Shown: positions 25,721-37,446 of the stretch, in pieces
Layout: each line of letters opens with the position of its first letter
Numbering within the stretch: the first letter of the stretch is position 1
NCBI GenBank assembly: GCA_010015805.1
Contig: ML978127.1
Span: forward strand, 1,054,001 to 1,118,000
Length of the DNA stretch: 64,000 bases
Direction: 5' to 3'
Origin: Rhizodiscina lignyota
Lineage: Eukaryota
Program-made: the position numbers and the translations under genes
Notes under the pieces: model-generated
The model's database searches: none
What the model was told of the DNA's origin: nothing
Seen by the model: the letters and a program-made list of their open reading frames with translations, nothing else

Positions 25721-28116
25721 ATGGCGAGTGAGATCATACCCGGCGTCGGATCTATAGTCGCACAAGCCCACCGAGAACAGATTTCAAATGAGACCGCAAA
25801 CTCTCGCCGGAAGCTGAGCAACGGTCCAGACGGAGGTCCCCCGGCTAAGAAGCGGAAAGAGCGAAGTCGAGTGAGTCGAGCGTGTGATCGCTGCAAAGCG
25901 TACGACCATAGCTTGGTTTTGAAGTATGCGGCCTAATAATAGTCTAGGCGAAAGTCGAGATGCTCAGGCAAACGACCATGTACACTCTGCGCTCGATTGG
26001 GAGCAGAGTGTCTCTTTACCGCAGAATATCGACGAGGCAGATTACCGTCAATCGAAAGCGACACAGAGGCCATTGACAACACTTTGGATCACATGACGCC
26101 GCAAATGCCTCACAGTGGTGTTGTAAGCGAGAGTAGCAAGGTGGACAATGCTATGCTCCCAGGCTCAAGTCCGGCCAGCAATGAGCAACTTCAGAATGCG
26201 GGAAATCAGGCCACTCCGGCCTCTTTGCTGAATGTTGAAAATGTACCTGCAAACGATACGATTTCAGCTGCTCAGTCGTCAGGAAATTCTCCAGAGCCGT
26301 TACAAAGCGACCAGCAAGGTCACTTTGTAGGCCCTGCATCGGGTGCATCATTCTTGCTAAGGATCCAGAGGAATCTTCTCCGACAACAGTCTTCTATCTC
26401 ATCTGAGTCCTCGATATTCACGTTCGGGGACCTTCCTTTACCAGAATTCGATCCCTCGTTCGTTATTCTTCCAAACAAGAGTGATGCAGAGGCTTTGGTA
26501 GCTAGATATTTTGAGTTTGCATCAGCTACGCACAGATTCTTGCATCGTCCGACCGTTGAGCAATGGCTTCAGGAGCTGTACACAGATGGTGCAATGAGGC
26601 ACAAACCAAGTGCACGTAGTCGCACTGCTTTGCTTTTCATGGTCTTCGCCCAAGCCCGTGTTTATCAGAAGCCCTCACTCAGCGATGAGATCGATTCTGG
26701 GTTAGTTCCCCTTCCATTGCCGGCAAATGATTACTGACTGAAAGACAAGCGCACGGCTCTTCTCCGCTGCTGAGCATCAATTGGCAGCTGAAAGAGGAGC
26801 AATACGTCTTACGAGTGTCCAAGCTCGCGTTGCACAATGCTTATACCTCTTAGCACAATCTCGTATCAATCATTGCTGGAGTCTCTTTGGAACTACATCA
26901 CACCTTGTATTGGCCCTTGGAATTCATCGCAAGCAAAGAGGAATTAATCGGTCAAATATGGACTACATTGACTTAGAGTGCAGGAGACGAACATTCTGGT
27001 GTGCTTATGTGAGTGGTCTTGTCTTTTGTCCGGATTATAAGCAGTCCTGGCTTGACTGAATTGTTTTAGAATATTGACACCTACCTAAGCGCGGCACTTG
27101 GTAGGCCAAGGACCTTTCACGATGACGACATTGATCAGGCAATGCCTTCGTGTGTCAACGATGAAGACCTTCATACTCGGCACATGAACCCCTCTCCCCT
27201 CCCATCTCAATCTACCATGTCCGGCTGTACAGCGCATATCGACCTCTCGCGGATTCTCGCCAACATTCTCCGAGACTTATACGGTATCAAGCAGCCGTCC
27301 TTTGAAACCAGGCTTAGCCTTTCCGACAAATATGAGCAAGATCTTCAAAACTGGCGAAGAGACCTTCTGTATCTTTTGGACACCAGCGGGATTGATCCGT
27401 CAATGTTCTTACCGATTTTCTTACGACAACGTAATGTTCTGAATCTAGCTTTTTGGCACGCCCAGATCCTCGTTCATCGACCTTTCTTGTTAAGTACCTT
27501 TGCCGGAGGTAGCAAATCGGCGATGAATGAAAGTCCGGAAGTGAACAGACATGTTCGTCAATGCTTAAATGCAGCTCTAAATATCGTCGACCACGTCCAT
27601 CGGATGAGTTCCACTGGCCAACTATATAGCTCGTACTGGTTTACGCAGTACTTCTCATTCTGTGCTGTTGTGGTTCTGTATGTCTACAGTATGCAACAGC
27701 CCGCGTCGTTCTCCGAAGAAGACTATCGCAATGCATTCGAGGCTGGAGCGAGATGTCAAGAACAGCTTTCTGATATAGCCGCAAAAGGGTCATTGGCTGA
27801 GAGATATGGTGTGGTACTGCAGGAGCTTCGTCTCGAAGTTCTCAAGCATGCATCATTTACTCAAAACACAATAGGACCGCAAACAGCCGGCCCTAACCAT
27901 GGCCGAAGCCTTCAGCAAGTGCCTGAGCAGAGGCTTGGGATGTTCCATCAAGGACCAAGCGACACGTTCCTTAGCACTAGCCCGACTGGTTCAATTGGCG
28001 GTGTAACTGGATGGGGTCAATTTGACTCGCTTGTCACCGGAGGACTTGCAGAACTCGAGTCCTTCATGACCGATGGCAATGATGGCGCACTGTGGGACTT
28101 TGGCATCAGCGCATGA
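25721..28116 (+). CDS. Zn(II)2Cys6 transcription factor with fungal-specific TF domain
   Basis: RVSRACDRCK / RKSRCSGKRPCTLCARLGAECLF split by an intron; NLS PAKKRK; YFEF...HRFLH, LGIHRK, ECRRRTFWCAY, LGRP, LVHRPFL. Confidence 0.94.
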
Positions 28117-28156
28117 GAAAATCAAACAACAGAGTACCTTGCGGTAGCGTGTTTAG

Positions 28157-29149
28157 TTACAACTTCTTCAACCCATCGATCACTCTTTGCTCAACTTCAA
28201 TCCAGTCTCTTGCTTTTACCTTTTCCCTCTCCGCATAACTCCTTTCAAATGGCATCCTCAGCTTCGGGCCGCCAGCAAGCGGTTTACTCTCTCGCATCTT
28301 TTCAGAATACTTTGCCACTTCCGACTTGAAGCGATCCACATCCACAAAGCAGCCCGGATCAATACACATAATAACGTAGCCAAAATCTTTCAGCTCCTCC
28401 GGCAGCACTGGAGCTCCCGCCATCGCTCCAAGAAGCTGCACAGCAACAGCAAGTCCACTTCCTCTGGCCTCCCCCCATACAGCTAGCGCACCCTTAAGAG
28501 CAGCAAGTGGATCTGTCGTTGGGTTTCCCTCCGGGTCATAAGCCACTCCTTCCTTCAATTGCTCTCCCAAACGCACGGCGAGCTTCGCTTCCGCTTGGAT
28601 AATTTTGCTCGTGCCAATGTCCCATATTACTGGCACTTTCTCGGCCGATGGAAACCCCATGCACATAGGATTCGTACCGAACATTGGCTCGCAGCCTCCG
28701 TGAGGTGCCACCCATGCTGTGCAGTGGCTAGTGATAACCACGACAAGGTTTTCTTTACATGCTAGCTCGGCGTAATATGAAAGCATGCCAGTGTACCAAG
28801 TACCATTAGCACAGACAACGCTGACACCACAGTTCTTTGCTTTTTTAATTGCCATTTCAGTCGCCGCGAGAGCGACGATGTAGCCGACAGCGTCCCCGCC
28901 ATCGATTTGCGCTGTGCATGGAGACTCGCGGGTCGTGATAACTTCTGTCACAGGCGGCGCATTTGGATCCAGATTTTCTGCAACAGATAGAAGTCGTGCG
29001 AGACCTCCGACCCCGTATGATCGTAATTCAGCGTCAAGAAGGTGATCTGCAACTACTTTTGCTGGCCCTTCAGGGTACCCGAGGCGTTTAAGGGAGTCCA
29101 AAAGTAGTGTTCGTGCTTCTGCAATTGAGAGCTTGACTTTGCCCGACAT
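28157..29149 (-). CDS. Ldh_2 (malate/L-lactate/L-sulfolactate dehydrogenase-type) NAD(P)-dependent oxidoreductase
   Basis: Intronless 330 aa; IDGG..VG, A.KKAK..GVSVV, VAPHGG.EPMFGTNP, WDIGTS, EGVAYD.EG.PTTDP..AL.GAL, RGSGLA, IDP. Confidence 0.88.
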   Translation of the reverse strand: MSGKVKLSIAEARTLLLDSLKRLGYPEGPAKVVADHLLDAELRSYGVGGLARLLSVAENLDPNAPPVTEVITTRESPCTAQIDGGDAVGYIVALAATEMAIKKAKNCGVSVVCANGTWYTGMLSYYAELACKENLVVVITSHCTAWVAPHGGCEPMFGTNPMCMGFPSAEKVPVIWDIGTSKIIQAEAKLAVRLGEQLKEGVAYDPEGNPTTDPLAALKGALAVWGEARGSGLAVAVQLLGAMAGAPVLPEELKDFGYVIMCIDPGCFVDVDRFKSEVAKYSEKMRESKPLAGGPKLRMPFERSYAEREKVKARDWIEVEQRVIDGLKKL

Positions 29150-29666
29150 TTTTCTGGGTATCGATGGCTTAAACTGTATAAATAAAGCTTTTTAAGGCCT
29201 TTGCGCTTTTAACTGATGTGGGAGAGCTCCTCTAACACCGAACAGATTCGAAATGGTGTTGAAGGTCATCTGACGGAAGCATACAAGCCGTTCAGTGCGG
29301 GCAGCCGAGATATCAGCTTTGCGACCGACTTGAATATATATTTATTGCCAAGGAGACATTTTGAGGAATAAAGCTTTGGCGAAGGCCTTGGGGAGTGCTT
29401 GTAAGTTGCATGATGTCAATTAAGTTTGTGTTCTAGAGAGATTGTGCATATTGCAGTGCAATCACCACCTACCTGGGATGGATTACCCCTTTTCTTATGC
29501 TCTATCTGAAGCTTCCCACGGCTTATCAGCAGCTCGAATACCATTAGAGTATACTCTGGTGTGATTAAATCTCACAAACCAGCTTAAGTTGATTACATTC
29601 TTTAACATGAATTATTTGCGGGCATTTCAATTATGTTATGGCGCGGCTGGACTCAAGTCATCTCAT

Positions 29667-30997
29667 TCACCATTCCCTGATTTCACCTCCAGGGCCGGTG
29701 AACGAAAAGTTTTTCCAAGCCTCAGCACCTTTTGACAACTCTCTCACTTTTTCTTCGTCTATCTCAAAGCCCAGCCCAGGTGCTTTCATCAAGTCGACAT
29801 ATCCATCCGTGACTTTCCAGATTTCTGGGTTTTTCATGTAACTTAACAAATCTCCACCAACGTTGTAATGGATGCCTAAGCTCATCTCTTGGATCGCAAA
29901 GTTCGCGATTGTTGCATCAACCTGAATATTGGCAGCAAATGCGATTGGCCCCAACGGACAATGGGGTGCAATCGCAACATCGTACGCTTCTGCCATTGCC
30001 GCTATTCTCTTCAGCTCAGAGATACCGCCAACGTGACTAATGTCAGGCTGTAGTATATCCACACAACCTGCCTCGAGGAATGGCTTTACATCCCAGCGCG
30101 AGTACAGCCTCTCACCGAGTGCAATGGGGTTGTGTGTGAGCTGCGACAGCGCCTTGATACCCTCAATATGCTCTGAAAGCAATGGCTCCTCAATAAACAA
30201 CGGCTGATACGGTTCCAGTGCCTTTGCTAGTTGCTTCGCCATAGGCTTGTGGAGACGGCCATGGAAATCCACGCCCGCGTCCATACCGAGAGACTTAACA
30301 GCCTTGAGTCGCTCAATGGAATCGTTTAAAACCTTGGGAGAATCAAGCCAGCCAACATCCTCTGTAGCATTCATCTTGACTGCTGTGAATCCTTGTTCTT
30401 TCCGTGCCTGGCTTTACAGTGTGTTAGTTAGTCGCCGCTCGGTGCGCTTGAACTTTGCAGACATACGCTTGTTCTCGGACATCTCCTGGACGGTCTCCTC
30501 CGATCCATGAGTAGACTTTGATTTTGTCTCTTACTTTGCCGCCTAGGAGCTGGTAAATTGGCACGCCTAGCTTTCTTGCTGTTCCCCACAATCATCAGCC
30601 GGATTTAACATTAGATTTGGGGCTGCATTAACAGTAGCTAGTTTTTATACCTTTGAGATCCCACAAAGCGATATCTAATCCTGCCAACGCACTCATGAAA
30701 ACAGGACCACCTCTGTAGAACGATGTTCGCCATGAAAGCTGCCATATCTGCTCGATCTCACTGCAAATCCGGTAGTTAGGCACATATGTAAATCCTTGTA
30801 TGAGGTGAGAGATAGCCATACTCTGCTTCCAACCCAGTATAGTGTTTGATCCAAGCATCTAAACAGCCTTCAATGGCCTGCGTATGACCTTCCAATGTTG
30901 CTTCCCCCCAACCTACATTGCCCGCTTCGTCGGTGATCTTGACAAACAGCCACCGAGGTGGTACTCGGAAGTATTCGATGTTAGCAATCTTGCCCAT
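29667..30997 (-). CDS. D-galactonate dehydratase-like enzyme (enolase superfamily, DgoD type)
   Basis: [87 protein letters not shown]; three introns. Confidence 0.93.
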
Positions 30998-31374
30998 TGT
31001 TGTTTCTGGGCCTCTTTGATATCTTATACGGGGCCTAACAGTTCAGTTAAGGTAAAGGTCGGGTCGAACACATAAAGAGAAAATCTTCATCGGCAGCACA
31101 TGCTACGGAGGTTATTGACTATTTCGGAAGCTTCCCGCATAGCCGATCGGAATTCTTGTCACGGAAATCAAGGTTCATTGGAGCTTTCTCGCGCACTCGC
31201 AGACTCCGTATTCTCGCAATTGGGTCTAATTTGCACGTGGAACAACGCGACTTTTGCTGCCAGAACGCCAGCACAAGCTCAAATCTGATAATGCTATTCT
31301 ACGCGTACTTTTCTCTAAACAATTCAATGGCAGCTTTCATATAAAACGAATGAGAAGCATGGTCTATTTCTAGC

Positions 31375-32586
31375 CTATGCTTTTTGCGCTTTTATCTTCT
31401 TCTGTCCCTCTATCCAATCTGCTCGCGCCTTCTTCAGTGTTGCCTCGTCATGTTCGCCAAACACATTCACCCCAAGTCTTATCTAAAACACGAAGGACGA
31501 ATTAGCATTGCTACGCGATCTGACTTTTCAAGAGCTGGCTTACTGGCATGTTGTATCGCTTTTTTCTGTCCAAGGCTGTTATTTTCTCAAAGGCGTCCTC
31601 CGGGAGCTCAAAATCTTGGAAATTGGCCTCTATCCTGGCAGGCGTCACGCTCTTTGGCAACACAACAGTCCCTCTTTGCACTGCCCATTGTATGAGCACC
31701 TGTGCTGGCTCTTTTCCGAGTTCCTTTGCTATGCCGATGACGACAGGGTCGTCAACTCCGCGAGGGAAGTTGTATATGTTGTTGCCGAGCGGGCTATACG
31801 CCGCAACGACTATTCCCTGATCTTGCATCCATTTCGTAAACTCTGGCTGCTGAAAATAGGGGTGTGCTTCGATCTGATTACACGCGACTTTGATTTCGGC
31901 CGTCTTGTGGAGTTCCTCGATCCTCTCACGCGTAAAGTTGCTCACGCCGATACTCCGTATCTTGCCTTTCCTCACTAGTGCCTCCATTGCTCGCCATGTC
32001 TCAGAGGCTGAAACATCTGTTACATGGACACCGCCATCGACAGGACTTATGGGGAATCGGTCTTTGAACGAAGCTTTCTGAAATGAGACAGGCCAATGGA
32101 TCTACTCACGATGTCAGTCAGCTTCAGTCCCTTCAATGGATGTTAGCTCTGATGCTTACGAGGTAGAGGTCAACGTAGTCGGTTTGCAACTCTTTCAGGG
32201 TGTTGTCCAGCCCTTCTTCCACGTCTGCGGCCGCGTGATGGGTGTTCCACAATTTGCTTGTAATGAAAATGTCCTTTCGGGGGACGCCTGAGGCGAGGAT
32301 GCCTCGACCGACTTCATCTTCATTCTCATATGCGGCTGCACCATCGATGTGGCGATATCCCGCTCTCAAAGCGGTCTCCACTGCCTTTGCGACTTCATTT
32401 GGCTTGGATTGCTGAATGTCATTCCATCGTGGTTAGTGACAAGTTCGCCAGGCGCGCCGCGCGCGCTTGTCGGAGAAGCTTTGGCCGGGAGAGAAAGGAG
32501 ACCGGAGCGGCACTCACCCAAGTCCCCAATCCAACCGCTGGAATCGAATAGCCAGAATTCAACTTGAAAGTCCGTCCTGTTGACAT
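31375..32586 (-). CDS. NADPH-dependent aldo-keto reductase
   Basis: LNSGYSIPAVGLGTW, GYRHIDGAAAY.NE.EVG, FITSKLW, DLYLIHWP, IGVSNF, NQIEAHPY, AYSPLG, LPKSVTPARI; last exon IRLGVNVFGEH...KA* ends at 31375. Confidence 0.93.
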
Positions 32587-33009
32587 GATGGCAAACAGCT
32601 TGTATTTCTCCAAATTGGAGAACGTCAGCTCCTTAAGGCTCTCGTCTCGTCGCGCGTCCTCGACGCGGACCTTGTCATGCCGTTGCTTGCTACTCTTTTT
32701 CCGTCCGTGACCTGTTAACCGGAAGCATTTTCTCTTTTCCGAACGAGAGATTCGAGTTCGAGGATCTTTGACAAACGGTAGTCATTTGAGAACCAGTAAC
32801 TTGCTTTATCAGGCGCGCAAGCTCATCATTGCTGCCGCTAGTTACATACGTCTCGGTCCAAGATCTCGCGAACTTGGCCGACAACGGCACCAGACAGTGA
32901 ACTCGTTCTGGCAATCCAACTTTCATCTAATTCATATTTCTTTTCTTAAAGGGGACCAATTTAGTCTCAATTAAGCATTCCCCAACACTACAAGTTCAAA
33001 CCAGACGAC

Positions 33010-34153
33010 ATGGCAGCTATACCACCCGACGGTGTCTTCGTTCCTGTCCCCACCTTCTTCAAACCTGCCTCGAAAGCCTCACTCCAAGCGGCCGTTGACG
33101 TCGAGACGCAAGTAGCACACAGCATACACCTCGCAAAATGCGGTATAACGGGATTAGTTCTCCTCGGCTCGACTGGCGAGGCTATAGCTCTGTCTCGCTC
33201 GGAGCGCTTTGATCTGGTTTCTGGCGTGCGGAAAGGTCTCGATGCTGCAGGCTTCAAAGATTATCCCATAATGGCAGGCGTGCTTATAAATTCTCTGGAC
33301 GAGGCGTTGGAGTGGCTCGGCGACTTCCAAAAGGCCGGTGCACAGTGGGGTATGTCACACTCGTGACGAGGTTGTGCAGACAATTGCTGAAACGATTAGG
33401 ACTGGTGCTGACTCCAGGTTATTTTGGGCCGGCTGTAAACCAGGAGAATCTGGTGAGTGCATACGCATGTGGGAACCCAAACTCCGCTAATGTATCTTCG
33501 TGGTATCTAGGTTGAGTACTATACTACCGTGGCGGATAATAGCCCAATACCAATTTTGATGTGAGTGGATGGACGGCTATACTTTGAGCTGAGAAACTGA
33601 CCAAAGTTGCAGCTACAATTATCCAGGCGTCACGAACAACATCATGGTCGCTCCAGAAACTTATGTCAAGCTTGCTGCCCACCCAAAGATTGTGGGCTGC
33701 AAGATGTCCCATGGAAACGTCTCGCATCACGTTCAAATGTCTCTTAATCCTCAAATCGACACGAAGAACTTCCGCGTCTACTCAGGCTTCGGCCAGCAGC
33801 TTGGCCCCATTGTCGTTTTCGGGGCTGCAGGAGTGATTGATGGTCTCGCGGCAATCTATCCAGCCACGGTTACACGACTGTTCAAGCTTGCGTCGCAGCG
33901 GCCATTGACGGATGAAACGCTCAAGGAACTCCAAGAACTCCAGTTCATCATCTCAGCCGCTGAAGAGTTTGTTGTCAAGGGTGGCATTGTCGGAATTAAG
34001 GAAGGCGTCTACAGAGAGTTGGGAATGGGCACGCTAGAGGGTGGAAGGCTCCCATTAAAGGGAAAGTTGGCCGATGGAGAGTTCGAGAAGTGGAAGAGTG
34101 GGACAGGGGCGTTGGTGGCGATAGGAACACTGGAGGCGAAATTGAAGCCTTGA
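33010..34153 (+). CDS. DHDPS/NAL-family class I aldolase (2-keto-3-deoxy sugar acid / HOG aldolase-like)
   Basis: GVFVPVPTFF, LGSTGEA, YNYPG, HPKIVGCKMS (Schiff-base Lys), GVIDGLA; three introns; divergent from the AKR gene across 423 bp. Confidence 0.92.
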
Positions 34154-35757
34154 GACGACGAGCTATCAGTTGGAAGTACTAAGGTATAGATCTGCCTCGC
34201 CCTAGCTATATAGGCTTCGGCAACTTCCAACGCGTGGGCAACTCAGGCCTCATGATTCCGCTTTCATATTTTACCTTATATGTAAGCATGAATCCCCCAC
34301 GCGCTCCTGCACACTCCATCTCTTCGTAGTAATTGATAGAGAATGGCAAGAGGGTCGCCAGTCAAGGATATGATTATAAAATCTACATTATGCAGTAGTG
34401 CGCCTGCGAGAACAGGTACAAGGCCTCGGAACAAACAGGGGCATTGAGATAGTTGCCAGCCCAGAACCCACCCAAGGTTAGGGCCGATAGGCACCCAAAC
34501 CTAGGTGATGTGGTTGCAACCTTGGGGGCCTTTTGCTCTCGGCCTCTCGGCCTCTCGGAGCTTCGTAGCCCCACGCGCGTTCCTGGTTCTTGGCAAGAGC
34601 TAGCGTCCAAGTCCAACACCAACACCAACGTCTTCGCTAAATCGCGCCCTTTCCTCTTCACCTCTATCCTGCGAACTTTCGTAGAAAACACATTTTATGG
34701 GATTGATGCATCATTTGGCCTTGAGCCTAATGGGTCCCTCGAGTCCTTGAATATGTTTAGCCTGCGTTATCGGACATGCTTAACGCTAATGCGTGCTTAA
34801 CCTCGCTCCGATTGTACTTCTGCTCAAATTGCATCCCTATCCAACTTTATCCAAGACCGTTCCTTCTCTATCAGAATCTCCTTCGAGAACCTATCTAAAC
34901 TACTGCTTTGCAATGCTCTTGGGGCGAAATTCTGCATTAATCGCTTGTTGACTCCACTTTATTGCTTCACTTCATTTCTCAACTGAGGTCTGTATTCCAT
35001 GCACCAGTCTTGTAATCTTGATTTACGTCGGCTTCAGTTTCAATTTTTCAGAACTTTTCAAATGATATTCATATTTTAGATTCTCGAAGCCAATGGCAAC
35101 TGACGCGCAGTGGCTCACAAGTATCTGATGTTATCCCTTCAAACGTTTCCAGGCCGTGGAAAGCAAAATGGGTTCAAGCAGTTGTTGATGTGGGACATCC
35201 CGCGAACATCCATCTATCATTGGTGAGACGAGCCGCTCCTGCATGTAATGTCATCTTCCACGCTGCAGCTTTTGCAGATCACTCACCAGTGGCGGTGGAT
35301 AAAGGTGTCCAACTAACTTCGACTTGCTTGCTTACGATTAATGGACACATACTTCTCGTCCGAGAATTACCAAGACGTATCTATTACGTTCCCAGGAAAG
35401 CTTGTGTGTAGCGTGACCTTTTGACTGCATATGGTGGTAGCATATGCGGAATGAGAGCTCGACTAAACTGATCACAAGGATTGCAAAGCTTAAAGAAAGC
35501 TTAGAGGCTCGTATCTCTTACGTCTTCGCAGTTCGGGATGACTGAACACCAGGAAGCCAGTGAGATTATCTATTAGGAATCCGGTGGGTTGGTCCACATG
35601 TCTTGGCATACGCTGTGGGAACTTGCCCGCTTGGGCGACTCGACATTACGAGGAGATGGACTTCTTAAAGGATCGACCTCCCCGGTGTTTTTGCAAGTGT
35701 TATTCACAGCTTCCCGCTCACCGAGGACACCGTACACTTCCAGCAGTGTTTACCACG

Positions 35758-37446
35758 ATGGACATCACCATGGATCTTGAGATAGGCTTTTTCTGTAAAC
35801 ACTCCGCATTCGGGTCGCCAACACAATGGAAGCATTTATATACGCGCACCTTTTTGGAATGTCTTCTTCTACTTTCCTACGACCCGACGCGAATCTACAT
35901 TCTCCTGCAAGACATTGGGAACATGGCGCTTCGCTTCCTGACTTCCACCTGGGCGATCGTCAACACTGCTAAAAGAATTATCATCGGAGAGAAAATCTTG
36001 ACACACGAGGACAAAGCTCGGCAAATCATATCCCAAATTGAAGCTGTTAGCGATGAACACGCAACAGCGCAACGCCTGAGACGTTTGATCGAGATGGACG
36101 GCGCCGGCTCATGGCCACCGAAGGTAGCTCATGGACCTTCTTGGCCTGCCGCACTTCGTCCATATCACGATATATACATCGAAATGGCCCCAGTTCTCCC
36201 CGTGTATCCCCCATCAGTCGATAGCGAGGCCAATGCTATACGTATCGCGACTTTTCGTTCACGGATACGGAATCTCTTCCATGATAAGATCAACCTTTCG
36301 GAAGTTGAGTCATTACTCATTGCAGCGGAGAGGGGAGAAAGCTCACCGTTTCCCCTGGATGCAAGGAATGGGTTTTTCGCTTGCATTGCACTCTCCCGTC
36401 ATGCCTACAGGTAATACCACCATCAGTTCAACTGTCTCATATGCTCACGAGAATAACTAGGTGGGGCGTTATACCTGTCGTCAAAGTCGCTCAAGATGAG
36501 AAGTTCATCGATATGCCGTTGGAGCTCAATGTGCCCTGGGCTTTCTTACAGCGAATCTATGGTGTGACTTCTCATGGCGGCAATGTCACCTCAAATTACT
36601 TTTACAATTTCGACAAGGACGACAATCTGGTGTACGAGATAAACCACGGAATGCCCAAAATGATCCAAACGGCTGAACACCACTTCGCTCGCATCTTCCC
36701 GGTACTGGAGAAACTTGTAGGTTACAGCATATGGATCGGAGTGAATTCTTGGCTGATATAACGTAGGCTTTGCCAATCTACCATGAGATGGTCAAGTCGA
36801 TGATCGCATTCGATCGCGGCCAACGCGAGCAATGCCTGGAGTCTCTAAAGGAAATCAGTACATCATTGCGCCTTCCATTAAAGGCCTTCTATGATACACT
36901 CGTCAACTCAAAGATCGACCGAAGTGTCTGGCTGTCGTACTGCCAAGGCTTCCAAGGCTGGGCAGCTGGAGAGATGAAAGATGGCGTCTACGTCGAGTAC
37001 GATGGCCTCTCTGGCAATCAGCTTCCCTTCTTCCACTTTGTCGATGCTTTCATCGGGATGCCGCCGTACCTGTCCGAAGAGAATATGCAGCGTTATATTC
37101 CTGCTGCGCAGCGCCATTTCACAGCTTCCCTTCGGGAGCATAGCTTCCGCACAAAGGCAAAAGAAATGGGAGACGTTGAAATTGAAGCCGAGATGGAAAA
37201 GATAGTGAAACAGATGCGTGTAAGCTTTTATGTTCACTTTACTATTACCAATGCTGAGTCTCCATACAGGTCTTCCGGGAAGCTCATCGAGCTCGTGCAC
37301 GACCATATCTCTCGGCGCCCGCGCCCGAAAGGAAGGTAATGACCGCCGGCAAGTCGGTTCTTGAGAGTGAAAAGATACCAGACAGCAACGCTGCCATCGA
37401 ATTTCTTTTCAAGCTTCTTGCAGGGAGACTGAAACAGACTGTCTGA
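35758..37446 (+). CDS. Indoleamine 2,3-dioxygenase-like heme protein (divergent fungal family); start uncertain (35758 or about 35923)
   Basis: DGAGSWPP, HAYR/WG..PVV, YDGLSGNQ, RYIP..QR, FREAHR (proximal His pattern), MTAGKS; introns near 36411-36460, 36717-36766 and 37219-37269. Confidence 0.7.

Noticed and set aside
31375..34153. Calling the AKR/aldolase pair gaaA/gaaC or gaaD of the D-galacturonate pathway
   Set aside because: The linked dehydratase is DgoD-type, GaaA is not an AKR, no TCCNCCAAT element was seen in the shared promoter, and orthology cannot be fixed by eye.
34270..35100. Possible degraded coding or transposon relic on the minus strand
   Set aside because: Stops in all frames; no transposase/RT motifs or terminal repeats seen.
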